Shown: positions 10,696-24,252, counted from the first letter of the stretch. The stretch is DNA of 64,000 bases from Basidiobolus meristosporus CBS 931.73 (GCA_002104905.1 MCFE01000360.1:1-64000); one strand, 5' to 3'. Notes: generated by a model not told the origin, from the letters alone. Program-made: numbers and translations.

Positions 10696-12648
10696 ATGGT
10701 CCTTATAAATGGGATTAAGTATGCCTGCGAGACATGCATCCGGGGTCATAGGTCTTCCTCTTGTAGCCACTTGCAACGCCAACTTTTTGAGATCAAAAGG
10801 AAGGGCCGGCCTATTTCACAATGTGACCATTGTCGTGAACTAAGGAAAACCAAAAAAATCCATGTCAAATGTATTTGTGTGCAACCAGAGCGAGAAGGTA
10901 TACTTGGGCTTCGTTTCGGATTCAGCTCTATATTGCAGACAGGTGAATGCTAACCCTTTACTTTAAGAACATAGTGTAACCGAGAAAATCTTGTTGAATT
11001 TTGAAAAAAACACAAAAGGGTTGACCAAAAATGAGAAATTCGCTGGTTGGTTGTTCTTGGACTGATTATTCAGCATGTTTCTTGGGATTAAGTGGCCATT
11101 TTCTTGTTTTAGTCACTTCACTCCTCAATCCTTGTCGATGTTCAGAAGGTTTCCCGTGTACTTGCTGCAGTGTCTCCGAAGGGTTCTATTCGAATTTTAT
11201 TGACGCTGGCATTGACCCTGAAGTCATCAGAGCTGCGTTGAAAAGTGCAAACTCATGCTCCAGCTCCTGTAAAGCCTGCAGGAGTGGCTGTGGCTCTCAA
11301 ATTGATACTAAAGCCAAGCCCAATGCTTCAGACCCGACCCCCAAGGGGAAGGCTCCTATCAGTGGAGGCGGAGGTTGCTGTTCATCTAAAAAGAGTAAAA
11401 CCCCAAAAGACAGCCTGCCAAACACGATACAAAAATCCGAAATAGTGATGCCAACTAGCGGTCAGAACGATAAGGCCAAAGTAAACGAAGTCAAGTCCTC
11501 TTGTTGCTCGAGCAAGAAAAAGTCACAACAAATACCAGCAATTTCATCTTCCTTACCATCACAAAGCGCCAAAGGTAATCAAATCATCTTCTCTCGTATC
11601 TCAGCAGCCTCTAACGTTTATAGCACAATCTCCAGAAGTTGATAGAGCCAAACTTATAATAAGTTTGCAGCATAGTGCGCGTAAGCAAGAGCGCAATCAC
11701 AAATTGGCTTGTATGTATAATATCTCAATCATCGACGATGCCTTACTAACATAATTCCCTACAATTTTCAGTGGAGTCATTGATGAACCCTTGTCGTTGT
11801 GGTGAGGGCTTTGCCTGTACATGTTTCAGCATTCCCGATGAATATGACTTCTTTGCTGAGTTTGATGGTACAGATGTTGATACTGAAGCGTTGAGGTTGT
11901 CACTTCAATGCGGTAGCTCGTGTGGTGCAAATTGTAACTCATGTAGCACCAAATGTTGTGGAAGTTCCAAGAAAAAAGATGAAAATGCAAAGACTGGGAC
12001 TCGGGATCGACACTCTTTAGAGAGAAGTAAACCTTCCTCACAAGCTACTAGCCCCAAATTGGTGACGAATGAAAGTGGCATATTCAATGCATCACAGTCT
12101 TCGGATGGAGAAGTTAAAGATGCATCAACCTCTGAGCACAAGAGTTTAAAAAGAACCGCCGCAGTTGCAAACCTTGATGAGCCAGAGCCTATTGATAATA
12201 ACAAGCTCATTCAAATGGTGTACAATAGTGTCAGCTCAAGTGTAAGTTGTTGCCAACCTTCGGAGAATAAGGGCGATACCGGGAAAGCAGGCGAGAATAC
12301 GTCTCAGGGCTGTTGCTCGAAAGGAAACTCCGAAAATCACGAACCGACACCCAAATCCAATAGCACTGGCTCATGTTGTGGCGGGGGGGCCGCAGGAAAT
12401 TGCGCCTGTTGTTTCGATCCCGAGAACCCCACATTTTATCTTGATACAGATGGGGTTCGAACTTGTGGCTGTGGCTGTAAAAAGCCAGCTTCAGATTGCA
12501 GCCACTGCCTTAAAGATTTATGTGAAGGTAAGAGTCCTAGTGAAAACCAGTGCTACATGAATCATTGACCGATCTTTATCGTGGTAATGTAGAAATTATC
12601 CTTAAGCCACCGTCGTCTTGCCGGGCCTTGCACTCACATGGTAAATAA
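10696..12648 (+). CDS. Copper-fist (Ace1/Mac1/Cuf1-type) Cys-rich transcription factor, 6 exons
   Basis: N-terminus is MVLINGIKYACETCIRGHRSSSCSHLQRQLFEIKRKGRPISQCDHCRELRKTKKIHVKCIC. An in-frame GT-AG model gives exons 10696-10897, 10968-11045, 11113-11574, 11624-11680, 11772-12527 and 12593-12648. Many CC/CxC clusters. Confidence 0.9.
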
Positions 12649-12851
12649 TGCTCTAGAGAGAAAGTTGAGGAGCGCTGCGTACTGTTCAGAGCATTCAAAT
12701 ATTCATGAGCAGGCTCATAATAGGTTCAACAAATGCCTGTGTAATATGTTTATATACAAGAAGCCTATTTCCAATAAAATGGATTTTATTGCATGTTGGT
12801 ATAAATTTCAAAGAGTGGCATTCGAAAACAGAGGGGGCGTCATTAATGCAT

Positions 12852-15056
12852 TTATATTTTACTTAGATCCCGTCCAAATAAAGCACGTTTGGTCCAATCC
12901 ATAGATAGGAGGAGTCTGGTACGCGTAGATACTTGCTCACTCCAGTAAATGCTTCGCCACAAATAAACCGCACCAAATCCGCTAATGTAGTGGCCTTTTC
13001 CGAAATCAGCCACAGCAGAGCCACCAATGTATGCAAGGGAGCCTAGATGCGAGTACAGGAAGGGCGGGTAATCGTCGTCGGTTTGGGATTTATTGTCGGC
13101 TAACGTATTGAATTTCTGAGCCAAATATTTCCCTTGTTGGCTTGCAACCTGAGCGGTGGCCGGAAGTGAGGTCAGTTTAGAATCCACATATTGAAGCAAC
13201 TTATTGAGCTCATCAAGATCCAGTTCTCCGGATTTGTCTTCATCGTATTTGTCAAACAGCTCATGAAGCTTCAGTAAATGCGCCCGGGTACAAGGATACT
13301 TGATGCTCATCTCGCGGGTCATCTCGCGAAACTCCTCGAAATTGATGGTTCCAGAGTTGTCTAGGTCTGCAGCCTCGAATATCTCCATGATATGATCAAC
13401 GAGATGTGGGTTTTCGAGTGTGCTGCAATCTCCTATGGCATAGATAGACCCATCAGCGATCCCCTTCACGCGAAGTCTGTTGTCTGTTTCCAGAGCTCTT
13501 TTGTTTTTCTGCTCCTTCAAGCTGTCGCAGAGCTGCTTCGTGAGGGGAGTCATTGCTATCATGAAAGGTTAGAAAATCCTCGTTTCTTAGACATGTGGTT
13601 GGGTCACCTACAGATTCCAGTTGACCACAGACACACGCCGAATGGTAGTGTTTTCTGTACCAAGGATCCATCCGGCTGCTTCAACGAGTAGACGATATGG
13701 TCCTCATGAACTGACTTGACTCGAGCAAGCGTTATCACGTTAATCCCACTACGCTTGAAATGATTTTCAGTGTATTGGGATATTTTCTCATCGTAGGTGT
13801 TTAGGATATGATCGCGCGATTGAATCACTGTAATCTGGACTTTGTCCTTCAAGTCGGCGGGAAACTGCAGGGGTTGGGTTAGCCGCCACGTGATACTTGG
13901 GCAAGAATTCTCTAGCAACTTACGTAGTTGATGAGGTCTTCTTCGACAAAATCATACAGCTCTGCGGCAAATTCGACCCCTGTTGGTCCTGGATGATAAC
14001 GAATGTAAGGCTAGATTCGTAGATGATTTGCATTAAACAATAAGTACCTCCACCACAAACGACAAAGCTAAGTAACCGCTCTTTTTCCTTTTCGGAAGTA
14101 GTGGGTAGCGCAGCCCTTTCGAAGCTATCCAAGATCCTCTGCTTCAATTCTCTGGCATCTTCTATATTCTTTAGGAAACTACAATACTCCATCCCTTCAA
14201 CCCCAAACGTCATGCTCTGTGACCCGACAGCAATCACCAACTGTTGGACCGTGGATCAGTAAGTGATAAAAGACTAGTCTACATAGGGCATATACCTTAT
14301 CGTATGGAAGATAGAATTCCGTTCCATCAATCCCTTCAAGTAGAACAAGTTTGTTCTCATATTGAATGTCCTTAGCTTTTGCCTTGTAGGAGAATTAGCT
14401 TTAATTCGGGGTGGCTCAACTCAAATGAGGCACAAGTTACCTGAAGGAATAAGGCCTTCAGCTGCTTTGAGATTTTACGCACAGGTTCGAGCAGCGAGCT
14501 ACGTAGAAAATGGGATGAGTGTAAGCGCTTTGCAACCTGGCAAGCCAAGTTTACCGTAATTCTAGAGTTCCAACAGTTGCACTAGGCAATAGTGGAGTGA
14601 ATAGGAAGTAATTGTTGGGTGAAACAACCGTCACATCATATTTGTCTTTATCCAATTCTTTTAGTAGAGATATTGCCTATTTTGTAGATATCCATTAGTT
14701 TTCTGACTGTTGGGTGATGTCGATTGATGGATACTTGCCCCCCAACCAGAGCCAAGCACGACCAGACGAGGCTTTTCGTGAGTTGATTTATGCACCACGG
14801 GTTTATCAGCTGGACCCTGTTCTAGTTGGACAGCGACATCGGAAGGAGGAAGTCCTCTGTTTTCAAACAGATACACAAGTCCACTAGCCCCCAAAATAGA
14901 GCCAACAGATACTTTGAGCCAAGTTGAGTGAGAAAAGGGTCTGTGTGTGGAGGTGGAGAGATGGCGTGTGCCAAGAGGCTGGTGTAAATACGTCCGAGAA
15001 AGAAGTCGCAGTTTGGTGGCTGAAGCCCTTATGTTGTTTAGCCCCTTGAAAGACAT
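12852..15056 (-). CDS. Type II (alternative/external) mitochondrial NADH dehydrogenase with two EF-hands, multi-exon
   Basis: N-terminal mitochondrial-presequence-like segment. Motifs [74 protein letters not shown] and [19 protein letters not shown] loops [13 protein letters not shown] and [13 protein letters not shown]. Confidence 0.95.
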
Positions 15057-16428
15057 GAAGAAACAGCAGAAGGGTATGGCAGTGAGGAAAAGACGGTACG
15101 ATTTCGTATGAAGCAGTGGAATGTCCCATAAATATACACTCGCGTGGACAATATGACGACATACGTTGTCTTTAACCAGTATTTCTCGTGATCTCATACA
15201 TGTTACGATGCTACATTGTGCTTGGGCGAAAAATAGCTGATGTCCTCGCTTACTGTATTGAATAGACCAATACGTCATTGCATCCGAAGAATCCCAAAAG
15301 GTGCACAAGTAGTTTCGGTTCCGAATGAGGGAAAATAAAAACCCCGAATCAGCGCTTCGATGGCTTCCCAGGTATATCCATGGACCATGCCGATAGCTCG
15401 TCACTGCGGATCACTTTAAGTATGGGGCTCTAGAACCGAAATAGCACCAGTCGGGTGTCTACGAATCTCCCAGAACGAGCAACAGGAAGAGCCAATGCGC
15501 TTTTGCCTTCACCAAGCCAAGTATAAGTGGAATTGAATCATGTATCTTCCCAATCTTTGGTATCTCCTCAGCGACCCCAAAGTCCGCTATGACAAGGTGA
15601 TTTAGGTTTTGTCTGCCGACCACATTGGCCTACTGCTATCCCCTCTCTGTCGACCGTTACATCCGACAAAGGGCAGTTGACACGGGCTCTACGATAGCAG
15701 CATCTGTTGGGAGCCACTGATATCTGTCTGAACGGCAAATATATTTCCCTGCAACTCGCGTGTCCTACCCTCACCAAACACAGATGTACCAGCAGATACT
15801 TTTCCAACCTCAAGTGCCACACGAATGGCTGCTATTTTTGACATTGGGTAGGATACGTTTGGCAGACAATGTGCTCATGGACGGATCACCAAAAATGGCT
15901 AACACATATGTTACTGATGCTCAGTAATTTCGATCATCTTATCACAAGCCTCATGTCAGAGGTAAGCAAATCAGACGCACTTGGGCTCGTGATGCTATTC
16001 GGCATGCTTAGCCAATCCCACAGATCAATCGATGCAGCACAGATAACGATCTGCAATTCACTTCATTCAAGGGTTTAACTGATTTAAGAGACAAAAGAAC
16101 TCGCTAGACCTAGTTTCTGACTTGTGGAAAGGGTGAATCGAGGAGGGAGCGAAAAGGATAAGTCGCTGCGGGCAGCAGGGATGTTGGAATTATGTAAACA
16201 GGGTTCTATATAAAGATACATGTAGAGGGACATCACATCTTGCGTGTAAGCCATTTGAACGGTGCTACGATAATAGCCATGGTGCATCGACGATGGTGGT
16301 GCACAAATTGTATCACTGTTCTCAACAAAATGATGAGTCAGATTCGAGGCAGCACATATCAAATGGGAATACAGGCCATCCAGATCGGTTGGAGGATATG
16401 GTATCAAGCGGGATCAGGTGCTCCCACG

Positions 16429-17154
16429 CTAAGGCATTATGGCCACATACAAGGTTTCCACGGCATCTTGGATGAGTTCGACATTTGCTGCAGAGATTTC
16501 CCACCATGGCTTGCCACTCTTCACCTCAAACAGCGTTTCCCGCATCACTTGGGAGCTTAAAAAGATCGCAACCCCGGCCAGCACCTGAGAGGAATACATC
16601 AGGCAGAGCGGGGTCTTGATGAAATCGTTGGTAAATGCAATGGCCGATAAGGCATGTTTTGGGGCGGCTGCGCATCGAGCAAGGATTTCGAATACGAAGC
16701 TATAAGGCAACTCCAAATTCAGATCAAAGCATAAAGTCTCCAGCACCAATTCCTCGTGGTATAGGATGGTTTCTTTCCAGCGACGGAAATCGTCCGAGTT
16801 CTCATCCACCTTGTACGCGTCGTCTTTACGCGCTTTACGCACAGCTATGGTCACTATATCCCGTAGTCTACGCCCAGTCTCCTCTTCCTTGGAGGCCAAA
16901 AAAAGACAGGTACCGGCCAGATCGTAGTGATGATATGTTCTGAAGCTATGACGCATGTAGAATCGTTGGAAATAGATCCCAGCTGTGTATGTGGTTGTTG
17001 GTGGTAGTTTGAGCGCCATCCCAGCAGTGATTATGAAATTACCACCTTTTGCACGAAAAATACGCTCTTTCTCCCAGGATAGACCGTCCATGATCGTCGG
17101 GGTCTTGGACATCTCACTCTGAGTGAATATCCATTGATTTGGCTTTTTGCTCAT
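16429..17154 (-). CDS. Transcriptional cyclin (Pch1/cyclin T-K-like); 3' end may continue after an intron toward ~16084
   Basis: QWIFT...TPTIMDG...ERIFRAKGGNFI, AGIYFQRFYMR, CLFLASKEEE..RRLRDIV and EELVLETLCFD closely resemble S. pombe Pch1 as recalled. A GTATGT donor lies near the ORF end. Confidence 0.88.
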   Translation of the reverse strand: MSKKPNQWIFTQSEMSKTPTIMDGLSWEKERIFRAKGGNFIITAGMALKLPPTTTYTAGIYFQRFYMRHSFRTYHHYDLAGTCLFLASKEEETGRRLRDIVTIAVRKARKDDAYKVDENSDDFRRWKETILYHEELVLETLCFDLNLELPYSFVFEILARCAAAPKHALSAIAFTNDFIKTPLCLMYSSQVLAGVAIFLSSQVMRETLFEVKSGKPWWEISAANVELIQDAVETLYVAIMP

Positions 17155-18174
17155 GGCAAATATCGACCAATCTTGCTTTTGTATGAGAAAAAATTTTCAG
17201 GAACGTCAAGCTAATTGATATCAACTCACGAGAGAAGAGTTGAAAAGCTTGGTTAACAATCAGCGCGCTGACTGAGTAGCAACTGTTTAGAACAAACCTA
17301 CCTGGAATAGGATTTATTGATTGTCTCGAAATCAAAAAATTATTCAGAGCAATCTCCTGGCCTCAGACATGCAGTGGGCTGTTGACCATATTTTCAGATC
17401 CGTATTTTCCCAGCCCATCATCGCACTAGGGATTTGGGATCTATGCCTGAAAAATTGATCGTTACTGACTGAGCATGGGCAACAGGAACAGTGACTACAA
17501 ATTAATGACTTGCTGCATGATACCCTTGCAGTGTCGCACAAATCTCCCAGAGAAGGCGGCTTCTGAAGTGCAATCATACCATTCTGAGGCTTCTAAAGAT
17601 ATATACCAATTTGGCGGAGTTTCCCGTCCAGCCAGGTGACTACCTATTCCATCCATACGCTAAATAGTACTGGTTGGTTGTACACTATGAATGGCCTCGT
17701 GCATAGCAGTTCCCTATACTGTAACTCCTACACTGTTTCAATGCCAAGAGGAAGTAACCAGCGGGTGAGGGCCAGAGGTATGGACTGATGCTTTTGGATA
17801 CGCTATTTGGACGCGATGCCATCAATAGGAGTGCATGAATGTCGAAAATTATGGTTGCAAACACCTAATCCATTTCTATTTACGAATGCATCAAGCGATG
17901 TATGTGTTGCTGCTGAGAAGCATTCCAGTTGGAAGGATTTAGTTGCATGAGAAGGATTGGAAGATAGCTCCAGAATTTCAGATGATTTGTGATGGATTGG
18001 GTTTGGATAACACATATCACGAGTTGGCATGCACCACCACCTCCCGCAAAGAATATAAAAAAGTACAGAGCAAAGAAAACAAAACTCAAGAATACACAGG
18101 GGGACTGTACAAATCAGCGGAATCGAAATATCAGGATTCCTCCAGTTATCGATTTACACAAACCTATGGTGTTC

Positions 18175-19440
18175 CTAGCCATGTTGCCAAAAATTGCTGC
18201 TTGTCCCTCCTAGAGTGTATTCATCAAGGAGGTCTACATCCGAATCATCTAAACGCCAACCCAGGGCTTCGCAGTTTTCTTGTGCCTGCTCGAGATTTTT
18301 GGCACCTGGTATAGGGATTGCGCCTTCATACAGGATGGTTAGAACATTTCATAAGTACACTTTACAGTTCCGATAGTTCCATACCTTTGCAAATCACCCA
18401 GTTGAGTGCGACTTGAGCCATGGTTTTCTTGTATTTTTGTGAAACCTGCTTTAAAACATTCAAGAGAGGCTCCAGGTCCTGCATAGAGAAGTTCCCGTAT
18501 TGACGTCCGCTGGGTGGAGGTTTGGTCGAACTATATTTGCCAGTCAGCCTTCCCATGCCTGAAAAGTTGACTGATTAGTAGAGCTCACAGCATGGACTTT
18601 CATTGAACTGACCAAGTGGAGAATACGCCAGGACTTCCACCCCCATTTCTTGACAGGCTCGGATTAACCCACTTGTCTCGGGATAACGTCTAAGAAGACT
18701 GAACTCTATCTGGTTCGTTGCTAGTTGAATTCCTCTCTTTTTTAAAGCATCGTACATACGAGCTGTGTCATTTATGGAGTAATTAGAAACACCCACTGCC
18801 TTTACCAAACCGGCTTCCACGGCATCGGCAAGAGCGTCGGCAAGTACTTCGATAGATCTCAAGTGTATAGGGCCCTGTATTTGGTACAAATCCAAGTGTT
18901 TTACCCCAAGCCTAGCGATCGACTTTTTGATTGCAGAGAAGAGAGAGGAGGGGTATCTAAGGCGCCAGGGGGACGGCTGGAATTTCGTGGCAACAATGAT
19001 CTTTTGACCCTCGGGCCTCTTACTCCAATTTGCTAGCAAACGCCCAATGATCCGTTCACTCTCACCCTTCCCGTACTTTTCGGCGGTATCGAAGAACGTG
19101 ATACCACGCTTTACCAATTCGTCAAATGCCTCTTTGAGATCGTTCTCGGAATGAGTGATCGAGTAGCCCCTGTAGGATAGAACCCGATCAGTATTCATGT
19201 AGACAGGCTATACGAAATAAAGTTTGTGTGCAATACCATTTTGATTTGTCGCCCCACGACCAAGCACCGATTCCTAGTGAACAAGAAGATCAGAGATTTA
19301 GCGAGCACAGTGAACGATGCACGCAACATACCCAAAGGTGGTACTTTAATTGTTTTTCCCAAAGTCACAGTTGTTTTGGTGGTCGGGATAAAATCTTCGT
19401 CGCCCAGCGAGACACCATCATCGGATAAAGAAGAGAACAT
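18175..19440 (-). CDS. Aldo-keto reductase (pyridoxal reductase/PLR1-like subgroup), 5 exons
   Basis: Motifs GIGAWSWG, FFDTAEKYG, IVATKF, LDLYQIQGP, AVGVSNY, NQIEFSLL, AYSPLGMGRLTGKY and AQVALNWVICKGAIPIPGAKN. The last exon ends NFWQHG*. All introns GT-AG. Confidence 0.92.
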
Positions 19441-20256
19441 GATAGCTCAGAAGAGAGGAAAGGAAGTAACAGAGCTTGGTTAGAGTTCGGATGGCCCTTT
19501 ACATAGAGCCCACAACTATAAACATACCACCTATCAAAAAGGAAAAATAACTTGGAACTGATCCAGGATTGAAACCTGAGAAACCGCCATATCCATCACG
19601 CTGGCTATTTATTATGGTACTTTGGTGAGACATGGGCATAAATTAACCACCAGTAAATGGCTATTTTGATTAAACCATTGTGCTCGTGCCGGTCAATATC
19701 GATCACATGGTGAAGAATTAAAAGTCGGGATTCACCCGGTCTTACTAAATATCGATGGATGTACCTTGGCAGTCTGGGTACCCTACACTTGGTCGGGTGT
19801 GCCATCCATACAGAGCATCAATCACCACTTCCTATCCAAGAAGGGAGGATACCAACGCATAATTGTGAATGGGAGTTCATCTGTTTAATATGGTAAAGTT
19901 TGGGCGACATCACAGGTATTGGTGTAACAAATCAAGTCTCTGTAAGATAATTTCGGCAGGTTTTGTCCGTGGAGCCATAAATTGACATCTCATCTAATCA
20001 AAGTTGCATGCGGACGCCAATTTACGGGATTATCTGAGGTAACCTCGTACCGTCTCTAGCTTATTCTTGCTAGCCATGACGATGAAAGCTCAAGAGTGGT
20101 TCGTAAAATTAAATGGAGATTGGATATATAGAGCGAAGCAACGGTGGGTAAGTTCCTCCCATTGCTCGCTGATCTACTGATTCATTGATCCGTGGCGGTT
20201 GACCAGAGCAAGCCAATCTATGGTCTGCGCTTCGGGCTCAGCTTTGACGGCGGTCA

Positions 20257-21880
20257 TCATTTATCTTTACAGCTTGCAAGGTATTCGGTGACGTACTGAG
20301 ATACGAACATATACCTGCTACTTCCGTACTTATTATATACACTTGTATGAAGAGTAGAGTCTTCAAGGCACATCAGCAATTGGTTAGTGCAATAAATTAA
20401 GGAAACTTCTTGGTAGCCGGAGTAATGGACATGTGTTGATGTCTGTGCAGAGCTATGTTAGCGATCAGAGTCTAGAAAGTAAAGGAGTAATCACTTACCC
20501 AGTGTTTCTTTCGCAATATCCTGAGGGCAGCGTAATAACAACAAGCGGCGATTAATGACGGGGGATAAGCGATAAAGCACTCATACATAATGGTCACCTC
20601 AACCAGATATTTGGCCAATGTACGGATACTTAGGTCATATTCATCGGACTTGGAAATTCGTCGCAGAAAATTCAACGGGCCAGGAAAACCAAGCTCGTAG
20701 TTCAGCAGGTTGATCATGTATCGTTCGGCTTTCTGGAGCTCGTCCCGTGTGTAGGTCTCGTCTGTCATGTACACCATAGAGCTCACGGAAGGCGCATCTA
20801 GCTCTTCGTATTTCGCCGCAATGAATAAGGCAGTAATCCCCACCAACTGTAGCTTGTCAGTGGAAACTTCTTTCACACTCAAGAATCGGTCTATAAGGTT
20901 GACGCATAAATACAGCGTTTCAGGCAGCAGTGTAAAGCGTTCATGCACTTGGACGATCCAGTCGAACAGAATTCGCCTCATATACCACTGGAGCTCTGGT
21001 TGACGATCCATATAATCATGACTCGGAAGCATCTTCAACTAGTCAGTGGAATAGGCTTGTTAGAGGTAAATCTAGAACGCTTAATGGCCATAGTATGAAT
21101 GCACTCAAAAAGATAATACCTCCAGCTCCCTCATGTATCTAAATATATCATCCGAGTATTCTGAAGCCATGGTGACATCCTGTCTATCCAATTCTTCTAT
21201 AGCAGATATCGCTCTACACAGTTCTGAATTTGAGGCTTCTTCACCTCTCTCAACATCAATCAAGGTGGTTATGATTTCGACGCTCAGCTGCGGATGGGGA
21301 GCATGTGGTAGTATGCTGCTTTCTGTTTTCTTGCCGCCGCTACCAGTATTCTCGGGCTCTTGACCATGTCTATTTTCTGGGAGATCGATTGATTGGTGTC
21401 CAGACATAATGTTCGTTGGCTGAATATCTACAGCCCCATCTACTCCTCCATCAACTGCAACGCCTGGCCTCGGTAGCGAGCTTCCGCCGGAGGAACCCCT
21501 GGGCTCCGATGCCGCTCCTTGGTATATGTATTGGGTTTTCAGGTTCTGGTAAGATTACATGATGAGAGTGACGCATTGGATGAATTACCAGGGCAAAAAA
21601 ACCTACGCTCTCCTGAGGAACATGTGATATTGAGGATGAGATATCCTCCGATTCCTGGGCCAGGCTGCCCTTTTGAATCATCCCATTATTCTGTAATGGT
21701 ATTGAGATATACATAAGCCTCAGAAATAAAAGCGGAATAGCAAATGGCTACCTGTTCATTGCTGATATCTCGAAGTGCTCTACGGGTGGTGGGGTTTGCT
21801 ACATTCTTGGATCCAGAACGATTGCCCACGTTGCTATTTTCGTTCAGTGGCTGATTATTGGCAATAGTGGAATCATCCAT
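20257..21880 (-). CDS. B-type (G2/mitotic) cyclin, multi-exon
   Basis: N-terminal destruction box RRALRDISN. Cyclin box MRRILFDWIVQVHERFTLLPETLYLCVNLIDRFLS, LQLVGITALFIAAKYEE and PGPLNFLRRISK. The spliced last exon ends LASCKDK*. Confidence 0.92.
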
Positions 21881-22199
21881 GGTGAATATAGGGAGATAGA
21901 GACGCTGTGGCCAGAAATCCGACAAGAGTGGATGTTAACAAGTCAAGGTTCCGAAAGGGACGTATAAATGAGCAGGATGAGCCCAATCTGCAGCAGTAGA
22001 ATCAGCGCCAGACACAGCTTATAAAGCATACCACTATTTATTAAATACTCAGCGGATTGCAATTAACGATGTCAACAATATGGGACTAATGTCAAAGTGT
22101 GATGAAGTACAATTTAAGAGAATGATGTACATTCAATTTCCATGACGGCCTGGCTGACGTTGAATCAAACTGTGCTGCTGGTCTGCATTGTTTACATCT

Positions 22200-23000
22200 G
22201 CTGAAGTGATCAGCTACCCCCACGGATCCCCCAACACCTACCACTTGCTCGCTTCTCGTTCGGCAGAATGGGATATGATGCTGATCTCAGAATCCGATTT
22301 AATAAGTGATATGAGTCTCACCCAACTGAGCATTGACACCATCTTCCCAAGCATTTTCTCTATTCTATGATCGCAGGAAATACTCAAACATCAATCAAAT
22401 ATATAGTCGTTTGTGACTAACTTGAAAGACTTCATTCTGAATAAGCCACTGGCCACGGTGCCGTCTGATTGGTACAAACTCATTAATAATAAACAAGGAT
22501 GGTTGGCCAATCCCCACAAACGTGATTACTATCTCAAGGCCCAACCAAGGGTGCCCATATGGCAGGTTTCATGGTTGGTATGATAGTCGGCTGAGTGGTG
22601 AGATCTTGTAATTCGAATGCCACTTCTGCACAACCCTATAAGGCAATTGCTACTGAAGGAACATCTATCTCTGTACTGGTCTCCAATCATTTATGGCATT
22701 GACAGGAACATCAAAGATATCATGGCACAAGATATACCAGTAGAATTCCGCCTTGAAATACGATTGGGACGTTTCTTCCCATACACCATATTGCCGACAG
22801 GACGATTCCGCCTAGACTCTATGGCTCCTTACGACGTCAGACCAGAGTATATCTTTCAAGGCTCTCGAATCTGGGCATCTAGACGGTTGTACTCAGCCTC
22901 GATTTACGATTTACCACCCAGCGAAATGATGGCTATCTCCAGCCGGTACCACCTGATGTCTCATAAAGGATTCCAAGGTTGTTGATGCCCCCGTGTTACA
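22200..23000 (+). mobile_element. Decayed Ty3/gypsy integrase relic
   Basis: One frame reads LLTTSDQSISFKALESGHLDGCTQPRFTIYHP (22816-22920), matching the integrase core TSD.G.QF....LG..HRFTT.YHP. FECHFC and a His-containing segment lie upstream. Many stops and frameshifts. Confidence 0.45.
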
Positions 23001-24252
23001 CATCTCAAAGTTCAGCCTCATTCCATGTGGAAGCATCTCATCACCGCTATCCGATTAGCCATTATCTCTGGAATGAGAACTCCCAAGTCTGCTGGAGGGG
23101 CACAAATAACAGTACCTTCCTACGTTGAGAATTTTGAGGGATCTTGCCTCGATGAAACCTTTCCCCTTATTGCTCATTCTCCATCAGCACAATGAAGAGA
23201 CACCGACAGTTGCCAAATAGGATGTAAATTGAGGTAATAAAAGGAATGGTCAATATTGACAATTAAGGGAAGTTAAAATCTCGTAGATGTATGCCTCATG
23301 CTAATTAACAGCTGTGCGCCAATTAATCGTGGATTGCTATTTATGGTTGACACCTTCAAATGAAATCGATAGCATCAATCATTCTGATGGCCTGCGGTTC
23401 TTGGAACTTGTCTTGAATTCAAGATCCGTGGGATTTCAGGAGAAATGAAAGAATCGTATTCAAATATTGATCGCCATACGAGAGAACAGACCTGCTCAAG
23501 CATTCCGGTAGCCCATCTATCTGGAGCATAGTTCTAAAGGTGTTCGATTATGGAGTAATCAGCTGTTCCCGAAAGACAGCTTCCTAAATAGACTACATTT
23601 GCCAATCAGTGGTATTCAAGGCTCTGGACTATCTTATATATGAACACTGCAGCTTTGGTGAGTGATCTGTACCAAAATCAAGCAAATCCTCCCCCAGGCC
23701 TCCTGTGTTGAATCCTGCACCACGGATTGTAGCTACGGCAAGTCCAAGAGCATTACAAAGCTGCCAAGAAGGGATGGTATAACTACGCATTGGAAATATC
23801 TTTTCAAGAGCGTATTAATATGACGCTATTAGCCAAACCTTTGCCTAAAATATAGACAGCATAGTAAATTGAGGGAAAGGTAAGTTAGTCTTAGAGCACT
23901 GTCATCAATTTCTTCCAAGGTGCTTGTAGCGTTCTAATTCTCCATATATATATTCCAACAGACTGCATTTATGGTAGAATCGATGTAACTGTATAAAATC
24001 TTAGCGCGGTCGAGCTTGCAGCGCCAATACTGAACAGTTTAAACAGAAATTATGTAAGGCAATGGTAATTTCAGCAAATCATAAATATGTTACAGAGAAA
24101 CAATATGCAAAGATCGTTCAGACACATTCGATAGATGGCTGATCGCTTCGAGTGCTCTTACCACCCCACAGATCTAGACTTGTCCAAGTGAACGAACGCA
24201 ACCTATGTGCAATATTTTATTGATTCAGGGCCCACCTTGTTTGAGCACCCGT

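Noticed and set aside
17943-18314. 123-aa plus-strand ORF
   Set aside because: Its 3' part is antisense to the last exon of the aldo-keto reductase, and it has no recognisable domain.
22200-23870. Apparent protein O-mannosyltransferase pseudogene (HLPLAR..GYD, LYGS, KHLIT, GSPSIW)
   Set aside because: The matches are short and scattered across frames. The contiguous integrase-like TSDQ...RFTIYHP match in the same DNA is stronger.
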